A model generated the notes under the pieces. The model saw only the letters and a list, made by a program, of their open reading frames with translations, was not told the DNA's origin and ran no database searches. Below, piece after piece: positions 53,193 to 64,000 of a stretch of 64,000 nt of DNA; position 1 is the stretch's first letter, and each line of letters opens with the position of its first letter. Position numbers and translations under genes: made by a program. Origin of the DNA: Chlorokybus atmophyticus (lineage: Eukaryota; Plantae; Mesostigma and Chlorokybus algae); assembly GCA_009103225.1 (NCBI GenBank), contig RHPI01001616.1, positions 374,731 through 438,730 of the forward strand, in the 5' to 3' direction.

Positions 53193-55453
53193 ATGGCGGG
53201 AGTGAGTTATGAGGAAGCTCCGGCTGGACCCGAAGGCGCTGTCAGCAAGCCACGCAGCAAGCTGATGCGCAGTTTGACAAAGCCATTTCAGCGGAAGCAG
53301 CAGCGGCCAACCAGCGGTGGCAGCACTTCAACAATGACAGACGAGCCCGAAACCCCCGCAGATTACTCGCAACCCAATGTGTCGATTGAGCATGTCAGAG
53401 AGTTCATACAAGACCCTTTGGACATGTTTGCCCATCCGCCACGCCGCAATATGAAGCCCGCCTCGCCTGAAGCTGTTCCAAGCGTTCAAAGAGGAAGCAA
53501 GCCCTCAACTCCAGTACCAGCGACCGAGTCTGAAACATCACAAACAAAGCATACTACGACACCAGCATCACCACCAACACCTGCGACAACAATAACAACA
53601 GAGACAACAACAAAGGGACCCATTCGTGAGACACAGGACCAGCTTTGGGAGCAGATGTCGCCGAGGTCGAGAGCGCGCAAGCGATGGCACAAACTGCGAA
53701 CGAAGCTGAAGTTTGCCACAGTGTTGGCTGTCTCAAGGCTGCAGCTGGAAGCCGCATCAATGGGTGTTGTGAAGAACCCAACATCCAGAGTATGTTGATT
53801 GTTGATGTATGCATTGCTTTATGCGTATGCGTGGTTGGTATCACGTCCGGTGTGTTATCTGGAACATCTGATCCACTGAGATGTTGCCATGTACAAGCGC
53901 ACACGCACTTTTGATGCACATGTGCTGATATGTGTTATGTACGTTTGCAGGGCAAAGCGGCGCTGGACAGCCTCGTGATCAAGCAGCATGTATCCACGCG
54001 CACGGCGATTAATAACTTCTACATCATCATGCTGAAGCGTCCTCTGCACGAGTTCATCATGGCCATGTTTTTGGTACCCGTGGCTCTCAGCCTGCTTTTC
54101 ACGCCGCTGTTTTGGCTCGATGTGAACGGGTTCAAGTTTGAAGGAGACATCGGCTCAAGCCTCGCATCCAAACTGTTCTACACAGCTCTGTACAGTCTCT
54201 CACTCTCAACAACCTTTGGCGGCGCCCCCATGGTTTCCTACTCTGCATACACACTGATCCTGAGCAACCTCAACATGCTCATGGCGCAGCTGACATTCGT
54301 GTTTTTGAGTGGTGCAGGTATGTCTGAGGTGCTTGAGTTGATTGCTCACATTTGTGACCTGGCTGGCTTGGGGGTTGTTATCTGATGTGTTGTTGTTGTG
54401 AATTAGTGTTTTCCAGATTGTCTCAGCCGGCGCAGCCGATCAGGTGCTCCCGCTATGCCATTATCAAGGAAGACGAGCTGTTGGGCACTCAGGCCGGGAT
54501 CGATTTCGTCCCGGATGATGGCCCACACAGGCAAGCAGCAGCAAAACAAACCTTTGCTGCTCAATGTTACTTGCGGTAGGGTTCGTTACCATCATCAATT
54601 TTTATGATGAGAGTTCCAACGTGTGCAACCCTTATGCTTATAGATAGCAATTGTGCTGAGCCAAACATGCCTGCTCATTGCATGGTGGCTTGCATGCGCC
54701 CTGCACATAATATTGAAGTTACCATGCAGTAACACTTAACCGTCATGTTGCAGGTCCTTCTCTGCACGCCTGGTACTTACGGGCCCGATGCCGAATGAGC
54801 TGATTGATGTGCGCATATCTCTCACGTATCGAAGCTTCCTCAAGACAAAGGACGGCGGCTTGTTTGTGAGCATGCAGCCACTCTCTCTGGTAAGTCACTT
54901 GTGTTTTCCCTCAGCATATACCCACATTGCATCCAATGACATGTGTGTGTGACAGGTGCGCGCGGACATTCCTTTCCTTCGACATGGCTTGATGGTGCGG
55001 CATGTGATCGATCGCACCAGTCCACTTTATGGACACACGCCCAACACGTTGTACGAACAGGATGCTGGCTTCTCGCTAACCGTCATGGGCATAGAGAAGA
55101 CGTCCATGCAGCAGATCTTCCATCGGCAAGAGTATTGCGTGAACGATGGAGACGTGTTGTGGGATGCGGATTGGGTGGACATGGTGTTCACACGATCAGA
55201 TGGCCGACGGGTAACGATATTATCGGCCTTGAATTCAGTCATGTGCATGCTTGTTGAATCAATTGTTTCCCCGTGCCTAAGCTTCTCTTCATGACAGGTC
55301 ATGGACCATTCCAAGTTGGATACCATCCATATGATGAAGAACGTGGGTGTGGCGAGCCGGGCGATCACGCGCATGGCAAAGGGTGCTGAGACGCATCGCG
55401 CTCAACAGAAGGCTACCAAGCAGCAGGCTACTGTCAAGGGCAAGTCTGCTTAG
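53193..55453 (+). CDS. Inward-rectifier (Kir/IRK)-family ion channel with atypical pore motif
   Basis: Two TM helices around YSLSLSTTFGGAP; cytoplasmic IRK motifs VFSRLSQP..IRCSRYAII, NELIDVRISL, VRHVIDRTSPLY, LTVMGIEKTSMQ and VLWDADWVDMV. One intron needs a GC donor (54531-54753). TAG at 55451-55453. Confidence 0.88.
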
Positions 55454-56596
55454 CTGCAGGCACGTGTTTGGTGGTTCAGTTGCAGTTACTGTTGCTGTTG
55501 TTGTTGCATTGTTGGACAGCAATAGACTCGGGCTTGGTGCAAACACGCCCTGAGTGTGACTTTGAGCCTCCAGACATTGCTTACAACGCGCGATTGCTGT
55601 GTACATGCTGTTTCAGTTAAACACATGCAGGCTTTGCACAGGCATGCCTAGATTTTCTACATCAATATGGTGTGTCTCAGGAAAGCTATTGGGCTTGTTT
55701 GCTTTGCTTACTACTGCCCATCAGTTGTTCTGTACTAGTTATGCATGAGCGTTGCCATTGCATGCAGAGTTGCAACTGCAGTATTAATACCGTCATGACT
55801 GATGACATGATGAATGATTCCCATCTTACTAAGGCTTGTCGCGTGCATTGGGTGCTCAACCTTGCTGGCACATGGTATGTCCGCATCCACACTATGTGTG
55901 GCCACCAGATTCATTCAGCAGTTTGTTACGAACACAACTCGTAGTATCGCTGACCAAAATCGTAACATTGTGGTGGTGGAGCTGCAATTTACATGTGCAG
56001 AAAGTTCTGCACATGTAAATTGCGTCAATTGTTAAGAATGTAAACACTTCAACACTTCAAAAACCGATTGACCATGAAACACAGATGACTACCTAAGTTG
56101 TCCTGGACGTAAAAATGCTGATGATTACCCTATTGGTCGCGGACTTGAATCGCGGTAAAGTGTAATGCTTGTACCTAGCTTAGCAATCTGTTGCGTGAGA
56201 ACCCGGCGGTTTGCTGTCAGCAAAGCGGCAATGTTTGGAGAGGATGGCTGAAGACGGTAAGAAGATGATAATCAATTGCTTCAACCGAAGAGTGTGTTAT
56301 ATTGCATTTATAATGCATATGCTGTTGTGGGACTTGTAAGCATAAATACCGTATGCGCGCGAATACCTCGCCCCCCCCTAGACAGCAGTAAAGTGGGTTG
56401 CTGCCCGAGCCAAATACAGTAAAGCAAACTAACGGTGCTGTATAGTTTAATAAAGTATTACCCCACTGTCTGCAGAAGAGAAGCCGCTACTGTTACAGAT
56501 CTGCGATCGGTGCATCAGTACAGTACGCCAATCAAGTTGGGCTGTACTGCACTGCTGCTGCAGTTGCCCCCGATCTTCATGGCAATTGGAGATTAG

Positions 56597-56901
56597 GTAA
56601 TCGATAGATAGCCACCCCCCCTGCATCGAAGCAGCTAACAAAGTACCTTTAGTCGATCTTTTTACTTTATTTAAGATCAGTAAATTAAGATGCACTGCAG
56701 CGCAGGGGGCGGGGGCGGAGCAGCACTACATTAAACTAAGGTAATCGATAGGTAATCAATAGATAAGCATTTTTCGCTGCATTAATAGGCTCTATAGTGC
56801 GCTGCAAGTAATCGAAATCGGCTTCGGAAAAGTAATCAATAGATTACCTTAATCAAAACAAAAGATTACCCCAATCGAAATCGATTAGTAGTAGTAATCG
56901 A
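56597..56901. repeat. Cluster of GTAATC/GATTAC motifs (possible subterminal repeats of a DNA transposon/MITE)
   Basis: GTAATC at 56597, 56741, 56752, 56808, 56832 and 56894; GATTAC at 56842 and 56864 (also 56123); ends at a single N (56902). Confidence 0.5.
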
Positions 56902-58679
56902 NACTGCGCCTCTCTCTATACATGCACATGGTATATAATTCAGCATGGCACACAACGAGTGGAGTACATTTGTAAATCCACAACATTACTGCCTATACTA
57001 CAGCACGAACCTACAAGCATTGCCAAATCTGTGCGCATGCAGATGCGTATGTATCTTCAAGCAGCAAGCAGAGCGATACAAGGCAACATAAAAACAAGCG
57101 AGCTAGCACAAACAACCTCTACCCTTCCGCCCCCACCTCCACACACAGCGTGCGTGCTGGGTATAGGCAGACGCATGTCACTTAGTCAGTCTAAGCAGCG
57201 GGCTTAACATGCAACACAAGCAAGGGTATTAATGCCGCATACATTGAGTGGCACGCTATTAAAGATGTGAATGTGGTGTTGCTTGTGCAATGCATGGATG
57301 TGTGCACATAGCCCCCCCCCTCCCCCCCTCCTCTTGGGCGCGCGCGCATGTGCCCAATGCCTGTTTGCGGTTAGTGAGCAGCACGCGTTGGATGCACTCT
57401 TCAACTCTTGATCATAGAGCCTTTATGTGTTGGGATTTCAAAAGCAACTTGACTCACCTCTAATGGGTTACATGTGTGCTTAAGGGAATCTCGTCAGTTA
57501 CGGAGCTATTGACGTCATTAAATTGTTATTGTTATGGTACATATACCCTGTGCAGGTGGTTGTTAGTCAAGACTGCGAAAAGTCATTGTGCACGGTACGG
57601 ATGACAAGTTGATTATCGGACGGCGTGAAAAGAGGCGTCTTTACATCCGTTTAGATACGCCAATGATTCAATGAATCTTTCCCATTCATTTATCCCCACT
57701 TACATCCATGTGATTGTAACAACGTTGGTTCAGTTTATTGAGGATGATAGCTGAGTTAAACCCAACAGTGGTACCAAAAGCTAAAGTAATACATGCTAGC
57801 CGACCGATTGGTTGAACGCAAGTTGGCCTACCAGCGCAAACAACACCGTTCGTGAGGTGAACTTGGCTGAGGGGACGTGTGTGCACCTGCTTGTAATTGT
57901 GTGTAGTCCGTGCGTGCGTGCTCGTGTTAATTGTTGTTAGTTGTTGTGCATGAAGGGGTGTGTGTTATTATTGCAAACCCGGTGCACCATCACGGAAGTT
58001 TGCAGATTGGCATAAGGGGTGCTTTATGCTAGCTTGTGTATGCATAGGCGAATAATTACAGATGCGTCGGTGATTTGCTGTTACCGCTCACCCATCGACT
58101 TCCCATCAATCCTTCATGCTACAATTGCTGATGGCAAGCTGCTATTAGCAACGTTGCTTCCCCTCTTAATGGTAGAGTTTTACATACCACGAGTCACATT
58201 TCTTTATGCTTGCTTTTGTCAACCTCCCTCTAATGCACATAAGCAAGGCGGCAATCCTCATGCAAATGACACTTTGAGGCACGGCGTGAAACACGATACC
58301 TTAAACGACTATCATTCAAAGGTAAATAATGCATGCTTCATCGCTTGTGTCCATGTGTGCTCAACAAATACAGTAACTGCGGGCAATTCAAGACAAAGTT
58401 GACTTTCTTGGGTCATACCTTTTTGTGTAGCTGTTATATGGCGACCATGTGTATACCGGTAGGCAAGTTGTAGCCTTCCGTATGAGCTACATGGCAACAA
58501 CTTATACAGCATCTGAGATTGCCTACAGCGCCTTGGTATAGGAATACCGTAGCATGCACAGGCAACTTCGGACACTTTTAGAACTACTGCCTAGCGCAGT
58601 CCTCACTGACGTGACCTCACTGAGGTCGCTGCCAGGGCAGGCGGCGGCGGGCGCTCACTGTGCCGTAATGTAGCATTGG

Positions 58680-61600
58680 CAATGCTGCCGCCACTGTGTT
58701 CGGACACGCTTGAATAGAAGCGTGTGGGTCATGCCTGCGCTCAAGGTTTAGAGCACTGCCACGTGGAGTAAGGATTGACAGTCCGCAACAGACAAGTAAC
58801 GGTGGGTGGAAGCGCTTTATTGGAGCTGCAGACGCAAGAGAGCACGAGAGCTAGCGAGTAAGCGAGCAAGCAGGTGTGGCTTGTTGTCGGCAAGTTTGCT
58901 GCTAGCATGCTGTGTCAACTTGCGTACCTGCGCTTTGGTTCAACCATTCACTAGCCGAGTGGATTGCTTACATGCACAATGTAGTTGGGTGGCTGGTAGG
59001 TTGGTCCGTTTGCTGTTTTGTTGCATACTGCGTAGCAGCAATGGAAAGCACTCACATCTTTATGCTGGCAACTGGGAAGCAAGCGCAATCCACAGCATGC
59101 GGCAATCACAGCATTCTTTGTGCCCATGCTAGTACATCTCATCGCAGCAGCACGGAGTTGCGTGTCAAGCAGGAGCTCAACGAAGTTGCTTGCCCTTTCG
59201 AGATCATCTGTTAGAAATTCCACAATATTGCTTGCTTCATGCTCGCTCATATTGTGCAAATGAGCTTGCATACTTGCACAGCACGCATGCATCCTTGAGT
59301 TGCGAGGCTGTAGGACGGGCAGTAAGCATAGTGGTTGCAGGGCATGGTGCATTCATGCCTGCCTGGACCTTAATATATTTATCGAATCTATTCTTGAAAC
59401 ACTGATAGCTTTACAGCCAATATGGCGAACTATGAAGTGGCGTCAGTCCGGGCCGAAGGCATTGCACGCAAGTCTCGCAGCAAGTGGATGCGCACTCTGA
59501 TGAAGCCATTTTGGAAGCATCGTTCAAGCAACGCCGGGAGGTCGATGAGATCAGGTCAGGCAGAACTTCCCACAGGTTACTCACGCGCAGCCGACGTCAA
59601 GTGTGCGAGTGCTTGACTGATCGCAAATAGCTGAAAGAGAGAGGAAGCCTTCAACTTCGGTGACAGTGAATGTGCCGGCAGGTCAGTTTAAGGCCGCTTC
59701 ACAAGCAATGACAACAACAACAACAATAACAAGCGCAGAGACGACAACAGAGGCGCCCGTGCGAGAGACAAGAGAGCAGCTTGGGGAGCAGCCTTCAACT
59801 TCAACGTCAGCAAATCTGTCCGCAACTCAGGCTGTTCCACCAGCAGCGTCTGTCATGAGTCTGCAACATGCAGCCCTTCCAATATGCGTCGTGACAAACC
59901 CATCGTTTAGAGTATGTTAATTGGTTGCTTTAGCATTGGTTTTCCACTGAGGTGTTGCATGTTCACATATCCTCACGCATGTTATGACTGTGTACTGATG
60001 TGTCACGTATGTTTGCAGGGCAGAGATGCAATGCGCAGTGTGGTAATCAAGCAGCATGCATCCACATGCGCGGCAATCCGAAACTTTTGCATCATCATGC
60101 TGAAGCGTCCTCTACACGAGTTCATCATTGCCTTTTTTTTGGTTCCCGTGGCTCTCAACCTTCTGTTATATCCTGAAGGGGATTTCGGCGTAACCCTCCC
60201 TTCCAAATTGTTCTACACAGCCTTGTACAGTCTCTCACTCTCAACCTTTGGCGGCCCCCTGATTGCTCGCGACTCTGCGTACACATTCATCCTACGCAAC
60301 CTCAACATGCTCATGGCACAAGTCATGTTGGTGTTTCTTTTTGGTGCAGGTATGTTGGCAGTGCTTCACTGAAAACATGCATGAGATGCCTCGGGAAGTG
60401 TGTAGTGATCTGATGTGTTGTAAATCAGTGTTTTCCAGGTTGTCTCGGCCGCCGCAGCCAATAAGGTGCTCCTGCTATGCCATCATCAACAAAAAGGAGC
60501 TGTTGGACACTCAGGTCGGGAGTGTTTGCGTCCCAGATGATGGCCCGCACAGGCAAGCAGCACTTCCAACCTTTGCTGCTCAATGCACGCATGTATGAAG
60601 CGTGTGCATGGCCTTCATCACTATCAGCAAAAACAAGTTTCGCATGTGCTGCCTGCAATGCTTGACATCAGCGGCTGTAATGGTCAAAGACGCACGCTCA
60701 TGGCATGGTAGCGTTGCATGTGCCCTGTGCACACAACATGCGTCTATATTCAACCATCATGTGGCAGGTCACTCTCTGCACGTTTGGTGCTCATGGCTGC
60801 CAATGAGCTGATTGACGTGCGCATATCTCTTACGTACCGGACTTTTTTCAAGACAGAGGACGACAGCTTGTTTGTTAGGCTGCAGCCACTTGCACTGGTA
60901 GGTCACTTGAGTGTCTCATCAGCAACATATGCACTTTGCATACTCAACCAATGGTATCACTGTGTGTGCATAACAGGTGCGCTCAGACATTCCTTTGCTT
61001 CATCATGGTACAACAGTTCGACACATTATTGATGGGACGAGTCCTGTATACGGGCAGGACACGCGCAGGACAATGTACGAACAGGATGCTAGCTTCATTC
61101 TCACCGTCTTGGGCATAGAGAAGACGTCCAAGCAGCAGGTCTATCATCGGCAAGAGTATTGTTACAATGGTGGAGACGTGTTGTGGGATGCGGATTGGGT
61201 GGACATGGTGTTGACACGCCCGGATGGCCGGCGGGTAGTGATACATACAGACATGCGTGTGCGCATGCGCGTGGTGTGCTTCTTATGATAATTAGCGTCC
61301 TACCATTCTGAAGCTTCCATTCCTAGCAGGTGGTGGATCATACCAAGTTGAATTCTGTTGAGGCGAAGAATGTGGGTGTGGCGAGGGGAGCAAGCACGCG
61401 CATGGCAAAGGGTGTTGAGTCGCATCGCGCTCAATGCAACGCTAACAAGCAGCAGGCTATCGTCAGGGGCAAGTCTGTTCAGCAACAATGGTTGGTTTTG
61501 TGACTGCATTGGCACTTTGTTTGTTGTTGGATGGCGCAGACTCGGTCTTGGTGCACGGCCTGAGTGTGAGCCTCCAGACAACGCATACAACTTACATTGC

Positions 61601-61800
61601 CGTGTGCATGCTGTTCGACATAGATGCTTGCAGCCATTGCGTATGCGCTGTCTACACTTTCTTTCCCAACTCATGGCTTGCAGAGTTGACAACTGCACTG
61701 CGTTGCCAACTGCACTGATGTTGTGTTTGTCTATTCTCCAGGACGGAATGCAATATATATATATATTCATGATGGCAGGGCTGGCGTACATGCATTGCTT
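58680..61800 (+). repeat. Diverged direct duplicate of ~52060-55700 (Kir locus including upstream non-coding DNA)
   Basis: Shared non-coding blocks, e.g. GGACACGCTTG..GCGTGTGGG at ~52090 and ~58705, TTGCTGTTTTGTTGCA at ~52487 and ~59010, TGAGTGTGA..GCCTCCAGAC at ~55550 and ~61561, plus all channel exons. Confidence 0.9.
59422..61503 (+). CDS. Second, diverged Kir-family paralogue (core exons intact; N-terminal exon frameshifted)
   Basis: TM and cytoplasmic exons remain in frame with retained splice sites, including the GC donor. The pore reads YSLSLSTFGGP. The first exon has stops at ~59614-59634, so it is either a pseudogene or uses a downstream start or a mini-intron. Confidence 0.6.
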
Positions 61801-62124
61801 TGCGAACTATTGTTCATGCCTAATTCAGCTTTAAGCTTCAATGCACCTAGACCATGGCAGCACGGTGGACAACCCCTACTCTACAAAAGCTGTTCACGCA
61901 TGACTTGTAGAACTGACAACGCACAGCACCACACCACAGGCACAAAGACAGGCACTTAGCCACGCAGGCTGCAGGTGCTGGTGTTTGGTAGAGGTTTGTC
62001 TTTCATGCGCGACGAGTCAATGTCGGGCAATGGCCATAGCAACACATGATCTGCACATGCCGCAGCCCAAGACATTACAAGACTCGCATCCTCACATAAA
62101 GCAAACAAACGCAACACATGGTAC

Positions 62125-62179
62125 ATCACCGTTGTACGGGGGCCTGAATGGAGCCAAAGGTCCTCTACTGCTGATCCCT

Positions 62180-62210
<31 letters not shown>

Positions 62211-64000
62211 CACTTCCGTTGTTCGAACTCTTACCCGACTCGCTCGCCTTCACAAACAAACTCTCGAGAGCCCTCCCAACATGAGTCACAGCCGCTGCCG
62301 TTGATCACTCCCTTGTTCAGACTCTTGTACAAAAGTGACAGCCGCAACACGAGTGACCGCCGCTGCCTTTTGTCACTCCCTTGTTTAGACAATTGTACAT
62401 GTTGTTGAAGGCGACCTCTCTGGTCTGCTCTTGTTGTCACACTTATCTTGGCTTGTTTTGACTTCCCCTCTCTTGTTGTTGTTGTACAGCGTTCCAGGAG
62501 ACGGGAGTACCCATCGACTCTGAGCCTGTGACATTGACTCACAACTCTTAGTAGTGAGTCAATGGATGAGTGCATGGACAATGCATGAATGGACCAGTAA
62601 ATAAGCAACGACATGATCAAGCCACTGTCGGCCATTGATTTGAATAGGTGAGGTATGATGCATCATCATTGCTTACGGAGTGAAGATACTGCCTTCGCAT
62701 CAACAGCCTTCTCAATGGCTTGAATGAATTCCCACGCATGAACGCTCTGAGCTCCTCACTGCTTGCAGGCTTGCTTGACCCTCCGGCCCGATTGATGTCA
62801 ACACGCGGCTTCTGCATCATTTTGGATACCATCCAACACAACTGCATCCAAATAGTTGGAGTATACACACGACCAAAGAAGAACAACGTCAAGTGTGTAA
62901 AAGCCCGCACACAAGTTCGTAAGTACAGTAGGTTGAAGCGGGTTTGTGCGCTCGCGTGCGGCTGCGCGTGCATATGAGTACTGATAGGTCTGTAGGGGCA
63001 TGCGCTTGAAACAACCCAACACTCCCAACATGTTATCTCTTACCTTGAACGCGATGCCTTGGGCCGCGTGTGCCCGCTGTGCCCGCTCGTACACGTCCAG
63101 CATGTCCAGACCACACACGCGCTTGCCCTCGCCGTCGCCAAGTCCATGCTGTCACCTGAGGGTAATGGTAAAGTGTTGGAAAGAGTGAAGGGAGTGGCTG
63201 TTTGTGTGCATGTTGCATGTGTGCACAATTGGATAAGGGAGGGAGGCAGGGAGGGAGGCATGAGAGTGAAGATAAATCGGATCACCACATGAATGACTGC
63301 GTGAGAATGAGTAATGAGTGTGTGACTGGATGAGTGAGTCACTGTGGATGGATGGATGGATGGATGGACGAACAACTGGTAGATCAGTGAGTGAGCGGGT
63401 GTGTAAACAGACAAATAACACGTTGGATGAATGGTTCAATTGTCTGAGAGCATACATTGATTAAAACACTGCTTGGTTGCATGGATGACTGACGCATTGA
63501 CTCAATCACTGCCAACATTAGTCAGTATATACTATGGGCTTGAAGCCAATGCATCAAGCTCACTGTCACTGATGGGGTCTTGTTCCTCTTGTTCATGTTC
63601 GTTCTCCTCCTCTTAACGCTCCTCCTCGTAGAGATCCGCGGACCCGTACATGTACTCCTCCTCTTGCTCAGCTCTCTATGAGACAAGCAGAACAAGCACG
63701 TTCATATCTCAGCGGAAAAGATTACAAGTTAGATCAGAGTGACTGATGAACAGAGTAGTGATGAACAATGATAGTGCATTGGAGTGTTCTCAGGTAGGTG
63801 TAGGCAAAAGGTAGTTGCAATGGCGTGCGTGCTTTTGCGCGCAGGCGTGTGTGCCTGTGCGTGCATGCGGTTGTGTGTGCTTGTGCTTGCGTATGTGTAT
63901 ATGCATGTGTGCATGTGCAGGCACTCGAGTCACCATACGAGGTCGGCGCAGATGTCGCAGCCGCCGTCGCACGATGGCCGACGAGGCCTGGACAATGACG
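62125..64000 (-). pseudogene. Inverted copy of the 3' half of the RecQ gene (continues beyond the window)
   Basis: The reverse complement matches RecQ 46025-48050 (CDGGCDICAD, EEEYMY..ADLYEEER, LDVYERAQRAHAA, SEELRAFMRG, LFVKASESGKS..RGPLAPFRPP). Premature TAA at 63613-63615 where the intact gene has GAA; further frameshifts. Confidence 0.88.

Overview
Eukaryotic, intron-rich genomic DNA, probably from a green-lineage alga (inferred from gene set and intron style). It contains two N gaps and one single N. I found no rRNA, tRNA or CRISPR array. Recognisable host genes in order: a degenerate Pro-rich/galaxin-like di-cysteine-repeat gene (-), a small spliced membrane-protein ORF (-), a ZFC3H1-like zinc-finger gene (-), uridine kinase (+), PGAP3/Per1 (-) head-to-head with COQ4 (+), a RecQ helicase (+), a family-16-type SAM methyltransferase (-) and an inward-rectifier (Kir)-type channel (+) with a non-canonical filter. 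The right half is locally duplicated: an inverted degenerate 5' RecQ copy, a diverged tandem Kir paralogue and an inverted 3' RecQ pseudogene. Between COQ4 and the first RecQ copy lies a ~10 kb compositionally distinct island (~25.9-35.9 kb). It holds a giant-virus-like kinase, tightly packed small membrane ORFs, a WD40 pseudogene and a gene fusing a hydrophobic helical (HeLo/toxin-like) N-terminus to 13 near-identical ARM repeats with variable surface positions. Two unrelated island genes share a near-identical 36-nt intron. Other notable items are a perfect 72-bp palindrome, a stem-loop-rich GC block, 4-nt and 8-nt micro-exons and GC-AG introns. All family assignments come from motifs recognised by eye; no database searches were run.
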